A stretch of DNA of 37,712 bases from Octopus sinensis (taxonomy: Eukaryota). Location of the stretch: the NCBI RefSeq assembly GCF_006345805.1, contig NW_021835895.1, forward strand, positions 1 to 37,712, given 5' to 3'. The notes under the pieces were generated by a model. It was given only the letters and a program-made list of their open reading frames with translations. It searched no databases and was not told the origin of the DNA. Shown here piece after piece: positions 35,491-37,712 of the stretch. Every line of letters starts with the position of its first letter. The stretch's first letter is position 1. The position numbers were made by a program, and so were the translations under genes.

Positions 35491-36260
35491 TTATATTGGA
35501 GATATCGATTTTATCATGAGTAAATAATCTTATATTGGAATGAGTAATTTTATACAGAAACAATTGATTCCGTATAGGAGTGATTGATTGTATATTGGAA
35601 TGATTGTTTATATTGGAATGAGTAATATTATAATTGATTATATAATGGAAATATTGATTTCATATTGACGTGATTGATTTCATATTGGAGTCATTGATTT
35701 CATATTGAATTGATTAATTTCACATTAGGGGTACTGGTTTTATATCGGGGTAACTGATTTTATAATGGGGTGATTGATTCCATACTGGAGCGATAGAGTT
35801 TGAGTGATAGTTGTGTGATTGATTGTATGTTCGAATTATCGATTTTACATCGGAGTGATTTGTTCAAAATTGCGGTGTTTATTTACATACTGGAAACAAT
35901 GCCTTATACTGGGGAGATTGATTTCATATTAGAATGATTGATTTTATAATGGGTCTGTTGGTTTATACTGGAGATTTAGATTTTATATTGAAGTGATTGG
36001 TTTTACATTGGGGTGACTAGTCTGATGTTCGACTGATTGATTTCATACTGGAGTGATCAGTTTACACGGTGATGATACATTTCTAATGGAGTAAATAATT
36101 TATACTTGAATAAGCAATTTCATACTGGAGTTTCTAATTTTCTACTTGTGTGAATAATTTTATGCTGGAGTACTGAATTTTGAATTTGAGTAATTAATTT
36201 GATACTTGATTGATTAGTTTATATTGGAGCGATTAATTTTATTATGAAATGATTTAATTT
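35491..36260. repeat. Degenerate 20-bp minisatellite (consensus ~ttatattggagtgattgatt)
   Basis: Repeated tt[a/c]ata[t/c]tgga...tgatt units at ~20-bp period. Confidence 0.8.
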
Positions 36261-36815
36261 TGTTTCAGTTGTTTTTCAATAACGATTTCTGCCATGATCG
36301 AATTGTTTGACAAGAAAAAAGAATGAGGTTAACATATTTTCATTTATCAAATGTTAACAACGTATCTACAAAGGATTACTCTTTCACTCAGATTGCAACT
36401 TCGGCACTTTACAACATTACTTCAAGCTTACGAGTGACACCCTATATTATCATACGATATACTAAAAATAATTAGCTGCGCCTCCCTTGAATTCCACCAT
36501 GCAGTTTCGAAATAGTTAAGAAATGTTGGATAATGTATTCCTAATAATCCATGCCGACAGGATGGTTATAAATGGAATATATTTAATCATAGATCTACTC
36601 AGTTAGGCTTGACTTCGGGCTACACAACAACAACGATAACTTCCAAAACAGATTAGTCCAACATCTCCAATTAACAAATTTCTGATATTTTTGTAATAAA
36701 ATCATTTAATTAAAAAAGAGGACCGTATGCTTTGAGAGCCGCTATACAGATACGGCCTTATTGGTAACTATTCAATCAAAGGCCTTATTAGAAAGTATTC
36801 TATTAATTAAAGATG

Positions 36816-37165
36816 TAGGAGTGGATCAGTAGTAAGACGTTTGGACTCAGTGCCGCTGCGTGTCACCTCGAACAAGTGTCTTCTACTTTAGCCTTGAACT
36901 TATGCCTTGTGAGTGGATTTGAACTTTAACCCTGTGAGTGGAAAACTGAAAGAAGGCTGTCTTATTAATGTATGTGCGTGTACTTGTGACTATGTTTCTC
37001 CCTCCCTGTAACTTATCGGTCCCCTGTAACTAGCGGTTCGGCAAATGAAATCCTTGGAACAGTTATCAGGCTTTTAGAAAAGAATAAGCACAGAGCTCAA
37101 TTCAATCGACTAAAAAGACGGTTCTTTAACGTGGCCGCTGTCAAATGGCTTCAGGAAGTAGAAAA
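36816..37165 (+). mobile_element. Old SINE family E copy
   Basis: caagtgtcttctact...gccttgtgagtggattt...ccctgtaactagcggttcggcaaa. Confidence 0.65.
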
Positions 37166-37424
37166 AATCCAGTGTTCAAAGTTCGAAATTCTTTTAATAA
37201 GGTACACATTTCTTGAATTAACAGACACCATCCTTTCTTCCCGCTTCCCGTCTCAATTATCTCTCTCTCTCTCTCTCTCTCCATCTCTTTTTACTTCTTC
37301 CGTCTTTTCTCTGATTTGCTGCGCGTGAAATTCAACCCGAATTTTGCACTTGCAAAGGGAAATGGCTACTTGTTGTTGCTTAATTTGTGTTACAACCTCC
37401 ACATTATCACTTACTTATAATGAC

Positions 37425-37462
<38 letters not shown>

Positions 37463-37520
37463 ATGTATGTACATATGTATGCATGTACGCATGTATTTAT
37501 ATATTCATATTTATATCTAA

Positions 37521-37690
37521 GGCGGTGAGCTGGCAGACATGTTAGCGCGCCGGGCGAAATGCTTAGCGGTATTTCGTCTGTCGTTACGTTCTGAGTTCAA
37601 ATTCCGCCGGGGTCAACTTTGCCTTTCATCCTTTCGGGGTCGATATAATCGACTCATTCCCTTCGTCTGTCATTGTTTACTCCCCTCAAC
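37521..37690 (+). mobile_element. Family A SINE
   Basis: ggcggtgagctggcag...gagttcaaattccgcc...tttcatcctttcggggtcgat. Confidence 0.88.
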
Positions 37691-37712
37691 TCCGCCGTCC
37701 ACACTGTCAACT

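Overview
AT-rich, repeat-saturated eukaryotic (animal) DNA with no intact protein-coding gene. The SINE families and the density of (TA)n/(TACA)n/(GATA)n tracts resemble octopus (cephalopod) genomes; this is an inference from recall, not from a search. Contents: at least five tRNA-headed SINE families (some with clear TSDs, one forming local 184-bp tandem arrays); decayed LINEs (R4/Dong-type with restriction-like endonuclease, CR1-group, RTE-type); Penelope-like remnants (a GIY-YIG fragment and a 326-bp near-perfect palindrome with two minimal hammerhead ribozymes); a non-autonomous Helitron dimer; mariner, TTAA-type and GGATC-ended (Merlin-like) MITEs; and minisatellites. The non-repeat background appears to be two heavily decayed Toll-like receptor (LRR-LRRCT-TM-TIR) pseudogenes facing away from each other (minus ~15300 to ~4555; plus ~21380 to ~34070), broken up by transposon insertions. 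Most ORFs in the supplied track are microsatellite or SINE artefacts. Coordinates were read by eye, and those of degenerate features are approximate.
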